64,000 nt of DNA, taken from contig OZ365114.1 in assembly GCA_977030845.1 (NCBI GenBank), positions 23,684,001 to 23,748,000 of the forward strand, read 5' to 3'. Source of the DNA: Fimbriosthenelais zetlandica. Its lineage: Eukaryota. Position numbers and translations under genes: made by a program. Below the pieces are notes generated by a model that ran no database searches, was not told the origin of the DNA, and saw only the letters and a program-made list of their open reading frames with translations. Of this stretch, positions 24,326 to 37,900 are shown piece after piece; within the stretch, counting starts at the first letter, position 1, and each line of letters begins with the position of its first letter.

Positions 24326-27300
24326 CTGCAAACAGAACAAAACGTCAATCTCAATCTCAGTACAGATGATTCAAAACAAAAAGGTTATCAACACACATAT
24401 TTTCTCAGCATTCAATTGCAGTGATTTATAAAAGTGTAAAAAAGACAAAGGGTATTGTTTCACACTCCTAAACATATTCATCAACACCACTGAAAGGAAC
24501 CAAACGGAAAATAATCAATCTCGAATCAAACAGCATCAAATTCCAAAGTCAAAAAACCATCAAATAGCACCATTGGAACTTCTCAAACTTAATGTTAGAG
24601 GCAAAAAGACAGCGGAGAGAATAAATCCAAACCACCAAGAAGAAAAAAACCTTTGCTATCCAACTCTTGCATGGTGTGATGCCTGCAACCTTGGCAAGGT
24701 GTTCCACAAATGGGACTGGTTTGGTAATTTTAAGCTTAAGAAATTTCCTCTATCAACTTGGGAAGCCAAAGTTCCCTGTATCAAGTACAATGTACGTGTT
24801 AAATGCAATGGAAGTTCCCATCTATAAAACATGTACATGTATACCAACTACATGTAGTCTTCTTCATAAGGGAAATTGATCCTGATGCCATCAGATTTTA
24901 TTTTCGGTCTTTTTCCTTCTATCAATTGCATATAAGATTGAGAAGATCCAGAGAAGGGATCCGCCACTCGCTACTTTAGGTAGAAAGATTATGATCATTT
25001 AACATTTTACTGGATCACTTGTGTTCTGAAAGAGTCTGGAAGGATTAAAACCTTGGTTGAAGGACAAAAATGACAATGGAGGAGGTTGTGCTAGAGGTCC
25101 TCTAGGCCAGACAAGCGGACTATATGATTGTAATGACAGGACACTGCAACATAGAGAGGCTGTATAGCTTCTTACTTCCGTTCCATGTTCTACTATTCGC
25201 TGCAGCCATGGGGGAAAGATGACATATTCTTCATGTTCAAAAGTACAAGGACATGAGAAATTTTCTCTCCACGGCCTCACACAGACAAATACAGTTTTGC
25301 TTGTGTTTTTGGAAGTTTACCATATGCGACAATATGCGCTCAGGATTCTTAGGCTGAATGATTTTAATTATAACTACACATGTGTTTCTTTTATTTAAAT
25401 ATTGGTCCCTGCATCACATCAGCTTGGATAGCATCAAACCACACCCACATAATGAAAAAAAAATCAAACTATCCATGGTTTTGTCTAGGTGGATCTAGAG
25501 AAAGCCAGACCAGAGCCACTCCCATGCCAACGAAACGGGTTATAAGTGTCTCTTCACACATCTCACATGCAGACCTGGTGCGGGGTGAGCATCCTTGTTC
25601 AAAATTGTCCTTACTACGCAAAATCTCCGACCTTCATAACAATGATACCTCAATAATTCGCGGATGGGGTTCTCCCCAACAAGGGGAATCATCAGTAAAC
25701 TCTAGCTGCGTAGGTGCTCTGATTCTCAGCAGTAGTGATAACTCTGTTATGACTATACATATTCTTGACTACAGGTGGATATCTGACTAGAGATAGAAGA
25801 GGTCACAGATGAGGTGGGATAGTATATTTATATAAAGTCAAGGGAGTGTTGCACACGCATGCATTTCTTATACTCTTACACACATGTAATAGTCTTATGA
25901 AAGAAAAAAGTAAGCTTATACTATGTTAAATTTAGTCCCTGTATATATGTAACTTATTAAATATGATCTTCGGGAAATGGGATTTAAATCGTTCCTGCAA
26001 GTGCTGTCATTCCAGCTCTCTTTGACCTTAACAAGCAGATGGGAGGTGTCATTTTGGGACTGTCTGTCCAACATGTTGAGCATAGAAGCTAGTAGGGAAT
26101 GAAGAAGCTTTTTTTTGTAACTCGCAAAATTTTAGTTTGGAAACAACTCGCCACCAGTCTTGCCCTGGTACCTCATTCCACCCTTTCAGAGCATTTGATA
26201 TGACATCAAGTGGGTTCCCATCTTCACTGTCAACATTCAACATATCACCATATCAAAGAGGACAGAAGCTGGCTCCATTTTACATTATTATTCTGTGCTC
26301 CTGGCTATTTGTGTGACCTATGTTACAGAAAGGTGTATATCTTGCCCACAAGCCACCTTTCCTGATTATCAAATTTGTTATCTATTTGTATGGAGCTAGA
26401 AAACCACTTTGGTATCATTCAGAAATGCAATAAAAATATATTGCCCTGAACCACATATATATATGTTCTCTCTGCAGGCAGGATATGCCAAGCAAAAGTT
26501 AAAAAGGCAATTCGGCCTTTTTATGCTTTTATGTGAGGAGGGAATAAACATACTGGTAGTGGGTATCTCTAGGAGTTTTTGAGTTGACTAAATGCACATT
26601 ACTGCTGGGTTGTTGATCTACTTGAGAGACCACTCGTATGGCACCTCTGGTGGTGGTTGATTCCTACTTGCTGAGACATCACAAATATCACAGAGATCCA
26701 GTAGACTCCAATAATATCCTAGACACCAAAAAGATCTACTTCCAAATAACCATTCTGATGTGAACAAAACTAATTTGGTTAAGATGAGGGAGAGTGCAAG
26801 TTTTGATGTTGTAATCAATCACGTTCATCGATCCTCAAAGTTACCAGGGCACGAATCAGCACAAAGCCTCGAAAAGCAAAAACCTAAACCTAAAACAAAA
26901 CTACGATCCAAAGTTCAAGAATGGGAAAGTAGACAGTAGTGAATCGTGTTCATATTCGGCATGGAGAAATACATATCCAGGACATAAATCCTCACTTAAA
27001 ATTGGGGTCTCCACCTGTGGATTCAAGTTCTGGCCTTGGGATTGGGTGGTTGGATCTTTTTTCAGTTATGAGGTACTCTCGAGTGTATGATATATTCACA
27101 TGTTTATCTGACATGTTCTGCAAAAGGTCATTATCATTCATCATAAGGAGGGGGTCCAGATGTACCAGGTAGGTCTGTCTCTGCCCCCTAACTCTCTAAA
27201 CCTTATGCGTTTAGCATAGGTCAGACAGCAAGCTGATGACATTTACCGCCTGACATACATGTGCTTGGCCATATTGTGTGCTGCATTGTCTTAAATACAA

Positions 27301-27354
27301 TGCATGGGAGTCCAACGCCCGACTAGACACGTATGACGTTGCTTTTCAATTTTC

Positions 27355-28560
27355 AGCAACTTTATTTAATCATTTAAGAGGAAATTAAACATGGAAGACT
27401 ATTCCGGGATGTGGTCCGCAGGGACGTATTAGATGACATCCTAAGGGAACAGGTAGGGACTTCTGCAGCCATTGTTCATTGTGCTTCCCATGCTTGCCTT
27501 GATGGCAGGATCAGGTTTCACTAGGCAATAATATCTGACGAAACAACAGAAAAACCAGCAGGGTTAAATCAATCGATGATACCAGTCCCTTTAAGTTTGT
27601 CCAGCTCAAACATCGAACCAACCCGCTGCAGTCCCCAATACTGTACTATTGAAGGCAATGCAAGAACTCGAGAATCAATAGTTACAGTCTAACCTCTTCC
27701 TCTTTCAAGGCAAACAGATTGAGATATTGATGACAAAACATAGGTCAAAGGCCTTCTTATAATATTAATAACAAATGATTCAGAGGTCAAAGAAGTACAT
27801 GAATATAATGCAGGAATGAAGAGTTTGTGTCTCTAGAAAATTTAATGAGTACTTGGGACACTTGTAGACCACAAGTTGATATTGATCACTCTTGGAGGCA
27901 AGTGTTATGGGGTTCACAGGTATTTTTTTACGTACGATGCCTCCTTTAAAACTGAAGGTCAGCCATTGTCTCGTGGGCAACAGTTAACTAATGAAGGCAG
28001 GTAAGACCTAGTGCCTCGTACTACATACATCAGAGTAGTCAACCTGCAGCATTGGCTCAATTGCCTTTCACCTTGAGGTCAACGAAACCTAATTACCCCA
28101 TAACTAAGTGCTTGATTGAATGAAAGAACATGTAATAAGATAGTCCTTCCCCTACCCCAGCTACAGCAGCAGAGACAGATTGTCCGAGGTTTCTATAACA
28201 GACTCTTCTGTCTGGGGAGGGGCTGATGCCTTCCAAGCAATGTAATGACAATAAAGGGCGCCCCTTCCATAGCTTATTCTTCTCCTAATATATTACTGTA
28301 TCGTCCTCATCAGGATCTATTTTTGAAGCACTCCACGTGGCCCACCGACCTAAAAGATGTATTAGGCACGTCATCTTGAAATAGATACATTGATAAGTTG
28401 GTGATATTGGCGATGTTATATTCATAAACTTGTAAGGGAGGGAAGCCGTCAAGAATGTCAATGGAGCTATCAAATATTCATCCCTCAAATTTGAGCTATA
28501 ATGGGATGACTGTCTCTGGCTAGGGTGACAATATCTGGCTGATATAATGTTCATAGACTA
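27355..28560 (-). mobile_element. Degraded LINE (L2/CR1-like) 3' portion in RBM24/38 intron 3
   Basis: RKKIPVNPITLASKSDQYQLVVYKCPKYSL resembles the RT C-terminal ..PIxIxGxxVExVxxYKYLG segment. Ends in TAAATAAAGTTG at about 27355-27367. Confidence 0.35.
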
Positions 28561-31003
28561 TTTATATTCATGTATCTAAATCTTCCATGTAATATGCTAA
28601 TCACAGCCCAGGCAATTGCTTACTATCACACATCTCCCAGTCACATGTTCACCGTTAGTGTCCTTGTATTATGCATAAGACCATCTTGTAGAGGGAATTT
28701 ACCGCAGACAAAAAGGTAAACAGGAGTGAAAATAGACCAAAAGAGATAGAGATTAAGGTAATTTGAGAGTCCCAATAAAATGGATTCCCTGAGGCCATCA
28801 ATAATGGCCATATGTCAGTTCTTTTTCAGGGCTGGGTAAACAATTAGTATAACCCGATTACCTGGAAGAAGGCTAGAACAGGGGATCATCTGGCCATGCA
28901 ATTATCTGGCCTAAATCCCTTTATAAATCCTCTTTGGATGAAACAACGATTATGGAGCTTGGAATTCATCACATGGGGATTATTTTGGATGGAACCAATT
29001 TCCTTTGTTGGAAAATATGTTTCCTAGTGTAGTGTGAGTAAGGCTAGACCTAACATAATGGAATAAAAACTAAACTAAATAAAAGGTTCATCCTCTACCA
29101 TTTTAGTGTAAACGTTATTCTAAGTTAGGATGTCTTGGTCTGATTTCAATGACATCGATAGAGTAAGCTAGAGTCCATGTTTGGACGAGGATATTTTTAT
29201 CACTGTAAATTCAACTGGACCATCATGTTTAGAATTCAGGTAAAACGATACCTACTCATGTCCAAGATCAGCTTTCTTAGCACAGTCTTGCTATCAATAT
29301 TGTGTTTCTCTTTACCATCTCCATGATATTCCATCCTTGCAGACCTTGACATGGAAGGGTGACCCACCATGACCCTACGCACACCTTACTGCAACCATAG
29401 AACGTGGAAGCAGCCATAGTTTGAAACTGGAACACCTACTGCATGCATGGGTCTTCTTTGTCTATGATGACGAACTCGGCTTATACCTGCTTCAACTTAG
29501 ATGAGTTTCGCCATGTTCAACTTGGTCAAATCTAGGTGATGCATCGATCAGGACTTTCGATCAGACTGAACTACCTGGATATTGTTGACAGGTGAGAATT
29601 CCATGCTCTGAACAATAAAAAGCATCAGACAATTGATTTCTGTCGCATGATCCCCTGCTGGGCGATAGAATTCTTGGAGTTTTTTTGGCTGCCTTATGGA
29701 GCCTATTATTAATATCTTCCAGCCATACAGAGTTCTGAGTTGTTACAATACGGTAACATAATAGAAGATATGCCATAGGAATAAGGATAGCTTCTCAAAT
29801 AGATTTTTTAGTAGACAGGAATGGTCACACACAAAAAAATCGGCCAGGGAAGCTAAGAAACAGGGGTGTGAAAAATTACGGCGATGACTGTTGCTTACAG
29901 CTGGCTATCCTGCCAGGTTTCTTGTGATGTTTTCTTCGCCAGGAAGATTTAAGATAGCACCTCTGTCCAATAAACATGACTCTGTAACATATTTGTGAGA
30001 GTGCAACAAACAAGCTTCGTTTTTCCTCTATAGGTGGCTGCACGTTGTGGGTTAGGGAAGTAAATACACTTTTAGTCCTATCAGAATCAGGGCAGGCCCA
30101 AACCAATTTACCCGTCTAGACAGATAAGAAGATGTTACAGTTTGAGAAATTTCTCAATTTAAACATTCTTTCAATGTCCAATTAGTACCAAAACAAAAAA
30201 TTGTCAGATCCATTCTTTCATGATCCATCTTTTATGAGGTCAAGTACCACTATTGGTATACTGCCTATATGGTATCTATCGTTTACAAATGGGCATTCAT
30301 ATCATAAATGACTTGTGGAATAATTAGTCAATTTTCTGAGATTTGTTCAATAGTGCAATGTAGGACTACGGATTGGCGTTACCAATAGTTCGAAGATGCT
30401 CGTGAGATACTTCCTTCTGAATGAAAATTCAAGTTAAAGAAGGAAACAACAAACTGACTTTTCAGGACAGGCCCAGGACAGCCTGCCATATCATGTAAAA
30501 TTGTGTACACAAACAGTGAACAGTGCTGAATGAGCCAAATTTTACGTGCTCAAAGTTTTCTGTTTCCTGTCATGGCCTCTACAATTAGATGTTTCCTCAC
30601 GTGGAAGTTTGCAGCTAACTTGGAAAGGACTCTGGCAGAAGTTGCATTTTAGCAAAATCTATAAACCAATGGCATGAACTCAAATCAACTAAGCCAGGGA
30701 CAACCGACTAAAGCCAAGATCACCCCTACATCAAGATAAAGAGATGATCAAGCCAAGTTCTTTTTTAAACAGCCAACAAAAATGGAAACAGAGTGTACTT
30801 CATTTTGGTTTTAACCTATAGTGAATTGCCTACATCGTCCATTAATTTCAACCCAGCATCCACACCATCTCTGGTTCTAACCTAATGGCCACATTCCCAG
30901 CGAAATAGAAAATAACCTGTGCAGGAAACCTGTTGTTTCTCAGTCAGTACTGGTATAAAAATATAAGAAAACCATCATCACTGCAAAACTCTTCTGAGCA
31001 AGT

Positions 31004-31111
31004 CATCTGTCCTTCAAATAAGTCATACCCCATCAGGCTTTCAAACATGTCATAACTCAATCGTCCTTCAAACAGGACCATACTCATCAGTCCTTCAAAG
31101 TAGTCAAAGCT
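31004..31111. repeat. Degenerate 27-bp tandem repeat, 4 full units plus a partial fifth
   Basis: Units 31004-31030, 31031-31057, 31058-31084 and 31085-31111 share catc-gtccttcaaa---gtcata-c. Confidence 0.85.
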
Positions 31112-32001
31112 ATGAAAAAGGTCATAGCCATAGAATAATATTCCAGGCCAACAACTCCTCCTGCCTGGGTTTTCACCCTGGCGCCCATCACCCCCAGTCC
31201 AGAAGAGCAGCTCGTTTTTCTGGCCCACTTTTTGTTACTTTCCCCCTGGCTGGGTATAGCAAGGGCTTGTCAGACTAGCATCTTCCTGGTGACAGCTATA
31301 TTTATAGCCCAGATGCTCTAGTTTTGATGGTCTTTGTGCTCACCAGCGCCTGCTCATCACCCTGTCCCCACGCACCAAGAGCACCAGCGTCCGTCATCCG
31401 TCACTTCCGACCCGGGCATGACTTCTGGCACAGGCTCGGGACTACTTACTGAACTTTGGTGGCCCCGCGAGCACGTGTATCTCACCGCGCTGCGCCTCCA
31501 AGAGTTTCTTTTTCTCGGTTTGAGAACCCCAAAGGAGAAGATAAACAAAGGGGGTCAGCACTGTAATGTAGAGGAATTATTGCCTCCACTTCCGGAGTGC
31601 CATATTATTCATAGACTTCCTCAACACTGGTATGTAGCGTAATCGATGGGCATGTGCCGCTAATGAGAAAACCAGCAACTCTGGGGCAGCATGAATCATA
31701 TTTGGGTTATATATTATTCGGAATAGGAAGAGGCATTAATCAATGACTTATGATATAGAGGAGTCCTGGCATTAGTAAATGAATCTGAATGAATGAATCA
31801 TTGAATTTCTGACTTGCATATAAGGTGTTGTCAAACTTTGAACTCTTAATAAATCTTTCACTGCTCCAACAGATCAAAGGAAGACGCGCCCTTATGACTT
31901 TCTAGGCCAAAAACATGTGACGCTGGAAACGATTACAAGTCCATGACAAGCGCTCGCCATCGTCAGCAATTCATGATATGTGGGCTATTTCACCAGTGAC
32001 T

Positions 32002-32046
32002 GTCGCCATGGAAACGCTATCCAGAAGTCTGCGTTACCATAGCAAC
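32002..32046. promoter_or_regulatory. Paired RFX X-boxes (candidate intronic enhancer)
   Basis: GTCGCCATGGAAAC 32002-32015 and GTTACCATAGCAAC 32033-32046 fit the X-box consensus GTYNCYATRGNAAC. Confidence 0.5.
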
Positions 32047-35000
32047 CAACGCTGCCAGATGCTTATGTGCATCATGAGGAGGTTGGGGGTTGGTTTAGGG
32101 GGTGGGGGTTTAGTGTGGCTGTTGCTGCGTCATGAGACAAAGAAAAAAGGGCACACGTGTGGTGATGATGGTGATGGGAAACAACCGACACAGCAGGACA
32201 TTAGAAAGAACAGACATATACAAACGTCACCAACCTAGCAATCTGAGGCTCTAGCCAACAAGACGCTTGCATTTCCCCAGATTTAAAAGCTTTAGTTTAT
32301 CAGTAAAAAAACAGTAGTAGTACTGGTATCTATGCTCTTTATCTATGACCCAAATCCCCTCAGGAGGGGTTGCGCTGCACGAGGCAAAACAATGTAATCT
32401 CTGGCTTGCTCTCTGGAGAGTCAGCCAGGCAGCAGGAGGCCAGACCGGAAGTTCATGTCATGGGACGCTGACATCTATTTATTTTGGTCCAGGAGGATTG
32501 CTAATCTATAATAGGATGATGTTAAGGTTATGACAAGAGTGGGCACCTTTGAGCTTAAGATTTAAAGGTGTGAATATAAAGGTTAAGGTAGACAATAGAC
32601 TGCCTGCTAGGGTGATTATGGAAGGACATGAAGCCATATGTAGAGCCACCTTAAATTAAACTCTTAAAGAACCCACAACTACATACAAGTCTACTCATAG
32701 AGCTGTATATACGCATTTAATATGAGACCAAGATCTACAGCATAGGACACGTAGGTTATTTGAACTAGTCTGAGAAGTCATATCCCCTTCCTTTTCGCAG
32801 GTTATCATGAGCACCCGTGATATATTCTTTCACCAACCGAGGCACATCGTGATGATAATGAGTGTCTTTTTGACGAGTTATTTCCTATCTGATATCACAT
32901 ACCTTCTGAGGCGCAGCATCTAACATCTGGCTGAGCTGTCAGGTAGACAGATATGAGGCCTCCCACCTTTTCCCACACACAGCTGTCAGTCAAGAAATCA
33001 TAATGCATGGCCGAGGTGCATGGCTATGCATAGGACAACATGGTAAAGAGAGGTCTGTGGGGTGTGAGATATCTGCGAGACTCCAGCATGGCTGGCATCA
33101 TGTGCTACTGACTAGGATATAACTCCATGTAATATATGTCTGTTAGGGGGGATTGAAGATCAAGAAAATGATCGAGCTTTTCTATTCTAAAAATAAGCTC
33201 ATGTCAATTTTTAGATGTTTTTCCGCAAGGGTAAATGTCCATCAAAAGTAAATGTTTTTGTTGCGTCTGGAAGTCCCCGTCTAGATTGTCCAGATTCTCT
33301 AAAATAACATCAACTGCAGCATTCAGTAAGCAATATTTTCTTAAGCCTCAAGAGGAGGACACGAGCCCTTGCTCATTTTGGAACAGGGACCAGATTCTAC
33401 TCCCAACAGTAACCAAATTGTGATAAGATATACATCCTTTAAGGCAGAATATGAAGAAAACATCACTATAGACAAATTTAATCTATTTCTATTGCTGCAT
33501 AGTGCTCTGCAGCACATTATTATTCAAATCTCAGGGCAAATTGCAGAATGACAGGAATTTGATGTTGGTTTTTATCTATCTCAGGCTAACCTCCCCTTAG
33601 GCGATGTAGAGACTGATCGTCTTGTTATCTGTTGTTGCTCTTTCCTTGCCCATCCTCCCAGCAGGACTTGCTCTAGTTTCGTTTTTCCTTTCAAGAATAT
33701 AACTGTTAAACCCGCTTCTTTGAACTCAAAGAAGTGATTTTCTAGGCAGTGATTGAATATGTCATGGCTTATTACTTTAGTGCTGTGCTCAATGTTCTAG
33801 TATACGCTTTTAAAATTCATTCATTATTTATTTGCTAGAGAGGGGGACGCTGACCAAAACTCCCCAGTGACCTATATTGATAAGGTCGGCGTGGGCCCCC
33901 CTGGGCCTTGCATGCATCAAGCAATGATTGTTTTGTTCACATATCAGCTAACAGAATGCACTGCTTGTTCATTTGGGAAGAGAAGATTTCAAGCCGTTCT
34001 AGCTCTTCAAAACACTTCCTAGCACTTTAACAACTCCTCTTGAAGTTGATTAGTAAGGGCACTTCAAGAAGAAGGCTCAGATTAGATGTTTTAGTGCTTT
34101 GGATTGAAAAAGAAAAATACTTGGCTTCTGCTGGTTTTGAATAAGTTTTCTTGTTTAATTCTGAAGACCAAACATTATACTTAACCATGCATCCAGCAGA
34201 GCATATATCGGAAGTCTTATTTATGACTAACATACATAAGTAGAGAGAAAAATGAATGAAATGATTGCTTCTTGGTGTAATACATGCCACCAAGCAGTAT
34301 TTCCATCAGGAGAGGGGCGAACCTCACATGTGCTATCCATTAAGAGACACTGCAAAGAACCAGCAAACGTGGTCAAGTCTTCCACTGATATGTTTGCCTT
34401 TCAGTTCGTTCTGCTCACACTTGAACGGGTTGCTCGCTGACTCACAAGCAAAGAAAGGTTTTGCTCCATAATGTGCTCGGGCTAGACGGCCTCCTAGTTC
34501 TAGATGCAGGCTGGGGTGTTTGGGGTTGCTGCCAGAAAGTCGAGGGGGTCATGGTGCAGGAGGAACAAACAAATATGAAGAGAGGCGATGATGAGAACTG
34601 TTCACTCCATGGGGCTTTCACTATTAATAATAGGTGTGCCCTAGTTGTCCCTGAAAGCCCCCCACCCACTGTAGAGCAGCTCAAACTGAGAGAACAATCA
34701 GGTCTGATTGTTTACAGGTGACTATTATTTGGGAGGGCAGCACCCCAAGCCAAAGTATTGCGCATGGTATATATGTGTGGTGCATCCTATACTAGCAAAA
34801 ACTCAAGGATCAGTTGGCGGAGAAAGCTGTGGCATATTTATGGCAGTTTCTGCTGCCAATGTTAAAAGTTGGGGTATAGATTTAGGCTTATAAACAAGTC
34901 TGAATGTAAAAGGTTTCAGCGGCTATACATGTAATACTTTACATGGTATAAATTTGATCCTGGTTATTATAGAATTATAGGAGCGCAGATTAACACAAAC

Positions 35001-35499
35001 CATGACCACACATTGCCTTTTTATCTTGACAACAATAACTGTCATATTGTCATCATAAGTTTCGGATAAGAAGTGTCCCATATATATCACTAAAGTTTGG
35101 GTCAAAGGAACAACATCAGAGAGGCAAGAGGACGCACATAAAATCATCACAATCTCATAAGGTGACCGTCGGATAACTTTTTATGGATAATGATTTATGC
35201 ATGCATGCTAGGCTTCATCATTTCTTCTTCAATTTGCCCCCTAACAACAATAATACCAGCCACAGAGACGGGCCTCCAACAACATTTGTGGCCGCCAGAT
35301 GCTAAACCGACCGGAAGTAAAAGGTCACGTGGCTGAGGTGGAGTTCACGTGTCTGTGTCCTGGGGCCCGATCAAGGCTGATTACGCGTGGGCTGGGCTGT
35401 GTCACTTAGAGCTGGATCTCCTGTGAGATGTCAAGCAAAAGGCGCCATCCTAGTCTTCTCTGCCCCCTCCCACTTCCTCCTCCTTCCATTTTCCCCCAA

Positions 35500-37900
35500 T
35501 GGATTCAACCAGCCAGCTTACATCCTGCTCTGTAAATGACTCCAGTCCCCACTTGACTTGCCGAGTGCGCTTTAATTGCCCCAGGACATTTTAAATCTTT
35601 TAAGATCAAGAGTGCATCCTTTCGTATAGCAACATGTTCAAATAGAGGAAAGGGTACAGGTGCCAAAGAGAGCTTGTTTTGGGTGTTGAGACTTTTCATC
35701 CTGATTCTATCTTGTGTTTGGTATTCTGGTCAATGCTTGATCGTGAACTCCTCAGCGAGAATTGATGCAAGCTGCAGGTCCTGGAAGTTATCGCACACGG
35801 AAACTAGAACTCATCCAAACTGTAAACACTGCACCCAGTGAAACTGTCACAGGTTACTTGAGAGAGTAAAAAGCTGGAGATCAATGGAAGCCACTGAGCA
35901 TATATGTAGGAGAAGACCAATAAGAGAAGCTTGTGGTGGCCTCATTCCATGCTTTGATTGGAACCAGGGTACACAGTTTACCCAGCTAAGGGGCACACGG
36001 CGGGGGCCAGGAGCATCCTTCACGGCAACAACTTTCAGAACCAGGTTGATGCCTGCCTCATGTAATTTGAAATATAGATAGATCATTTATACTGTAAATG
36101 AAAAATATGTTCCCTATTTAGTCTCATGCCCCCATGCGCAGTTGAAGCCCTTGCAGACAGATCCATCCTTCAAATTCTTATTTTTTATTTAAGCCCTCTA
36201 TAACTACTGAATTTTAACAAACTTTGTGGAAAAGAAATATGAGGGATATCTGTCCACTGTATGGTCAGGGGACAGGAATAAACAAACTTTTTTATTCTGG
36301 GAAATCTGAAATTCTATTCTAAATTATTCTATTATCTGCCTCGATATAAGACCACGCCAAGAGTTATGATTCATAGAAAATATCCAGGTGGGACTGAATA
36401 TTGATAGAGCGATCCAACGTGCACTTGTCTTGGATGGAGAATATGGGGAAAAGGCTTTTCTTTTCTACCCATTCACTTCCAGGGTCACATGGCACGGTTC
36501 CACCCTCCAGGGTGCCTGACCTAGAAACTACGGCGTCGATGGCAGACGGGACGCACATTCCGAGAAATTCTTCTCAGTACATTGACTGCATGGGACTACT
36601 GTGACAGCTGCAGAGAGGAGAAGTGCTTCCCTTGGCTAGCCCCACCACTAAACATCTACTCCTAAATATTTGGTCTTCCATGTTTTGTTTTTTATACACC
36701 CACACCTCCATCCCTGCCCCTAAAATCTCTCTCACACTTACTATTTTTCCTCCAGTGAACATCAAGGGAGGGTTTTTACAGGGGGAGAGGAAACCCCCCT
36801 GTTGGGTACGTGAGTTGTTGGGGTTGATGGCAAAATGTTGTTTGTATATGGAACTGGGAGATATCATTGAGTCGGACTTGGAAGGGCCCTTTTCCCTTGG
36901 CTCTTACATTTCTTTGATTACACGACTCATCAGCACATTTCTTTTCTGGAGTTTATAAGCTCTCCATTCCAATGTGATGAAGGAAAGTTTTCATGAGGCC
37001 TCCTCGGTGTGTTTTTGACTGTGAGCTGCTCTCTGAGTCCAATACAGCTGCTCTGGTTACCCATCCCCACTGACAGGAATATTACACGGGGGTATCTATT
37101 ATGTAGTGTGTATAAATATCAAAACAATAACTACCTAGACACAGAGAAATCCATCCCTCCCTTCCCCACGCCCATCCCCAAGGGAAACAATACCGAGCAA
37201 GGTTTTTGATAAGTCTTTCTTATCCATCCATCTATCACACCTGGGATCTAATGGCAGGTTGGAACCGAAAGTTTTTAAAATTTGTCCAAGGTTCTTGGTA
37301 AGGAGCCAAACCAGTTATTCCTTATAGGTTATTTCACATTTGGCTTAATGTGAACTAGGGTTTTGATGTCCCAAATCGAGGATGTAGTCTACATAACCTA
37401 GTATACCAAGTGAAGGTGGTAAGCCATCAGAAGGCTGACCTCATTCAGCCAAACTGCAGCTCCTCAGGGCCCGCCCTCCTTGCTAGCTTTTAAGTTATTT
37501 GAGCCTGGTCGAGGGGATGAAAGGCCAGATTGGACATACTGTAACAACCTCACCATGTTTACACAGGCTTAAAACAGACTTTCCCTTCGAAACATTCCAT
37601 TAATGAGCAGATATGGCCCCAGGCTCAACATCCTGAAACTGACTCGCCAACACTCAACCTCACCGACTATAATCCGAAAACAAAATCTGCTCCAAAGGGC
37701 CATATTACTGTTGGAGCCAATAATAAAGAAACTGACAGAAACTACATTTGGCATATTGATACCTAAAGGCGCCCACGTGGCCACCAGCACCGGAAGTTCC
37801 TCGAACAAAGGCTTGGGCCTCGGCACTGTATTGAAAGCCTGGTTCTCATTGGTTCACTCGCTTAGCATGTCACGTCATCTGGTGAGCATTAAGGGAATGT
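35500..37900 (-). mobile_element. Decayed DIRS-like (tyrosine-recombinase retroelement) relic in RBM24/38 intron 3
   Basis: HFAINPNNSR...PPLMFT...GMEVWVY and SPMQSMY*EEFLGMCVPS resemble DIRS RT segments (HIPIHPxHR, APRVFT, PTQxIEFLGM). IKAHS and GDWS near 35540-35580 resemble recombinase motifs. Heavily disrupted. Confidence 0.4.

Noticed and set aside
24900-27200. Several coding-looking fragments (e.g. DGNPLDVISNALKGWNEVPGQDWW, ISYTREYLITEK)
   Set aside because: Probably retroelement debris, but no diagnostic motif allowed a family call.
31004-31129. Regularly spaced repeats as a CRISPR-like array
   Set aside because: Units are contiguous with no unique spacers, in a eukaryotic intron.
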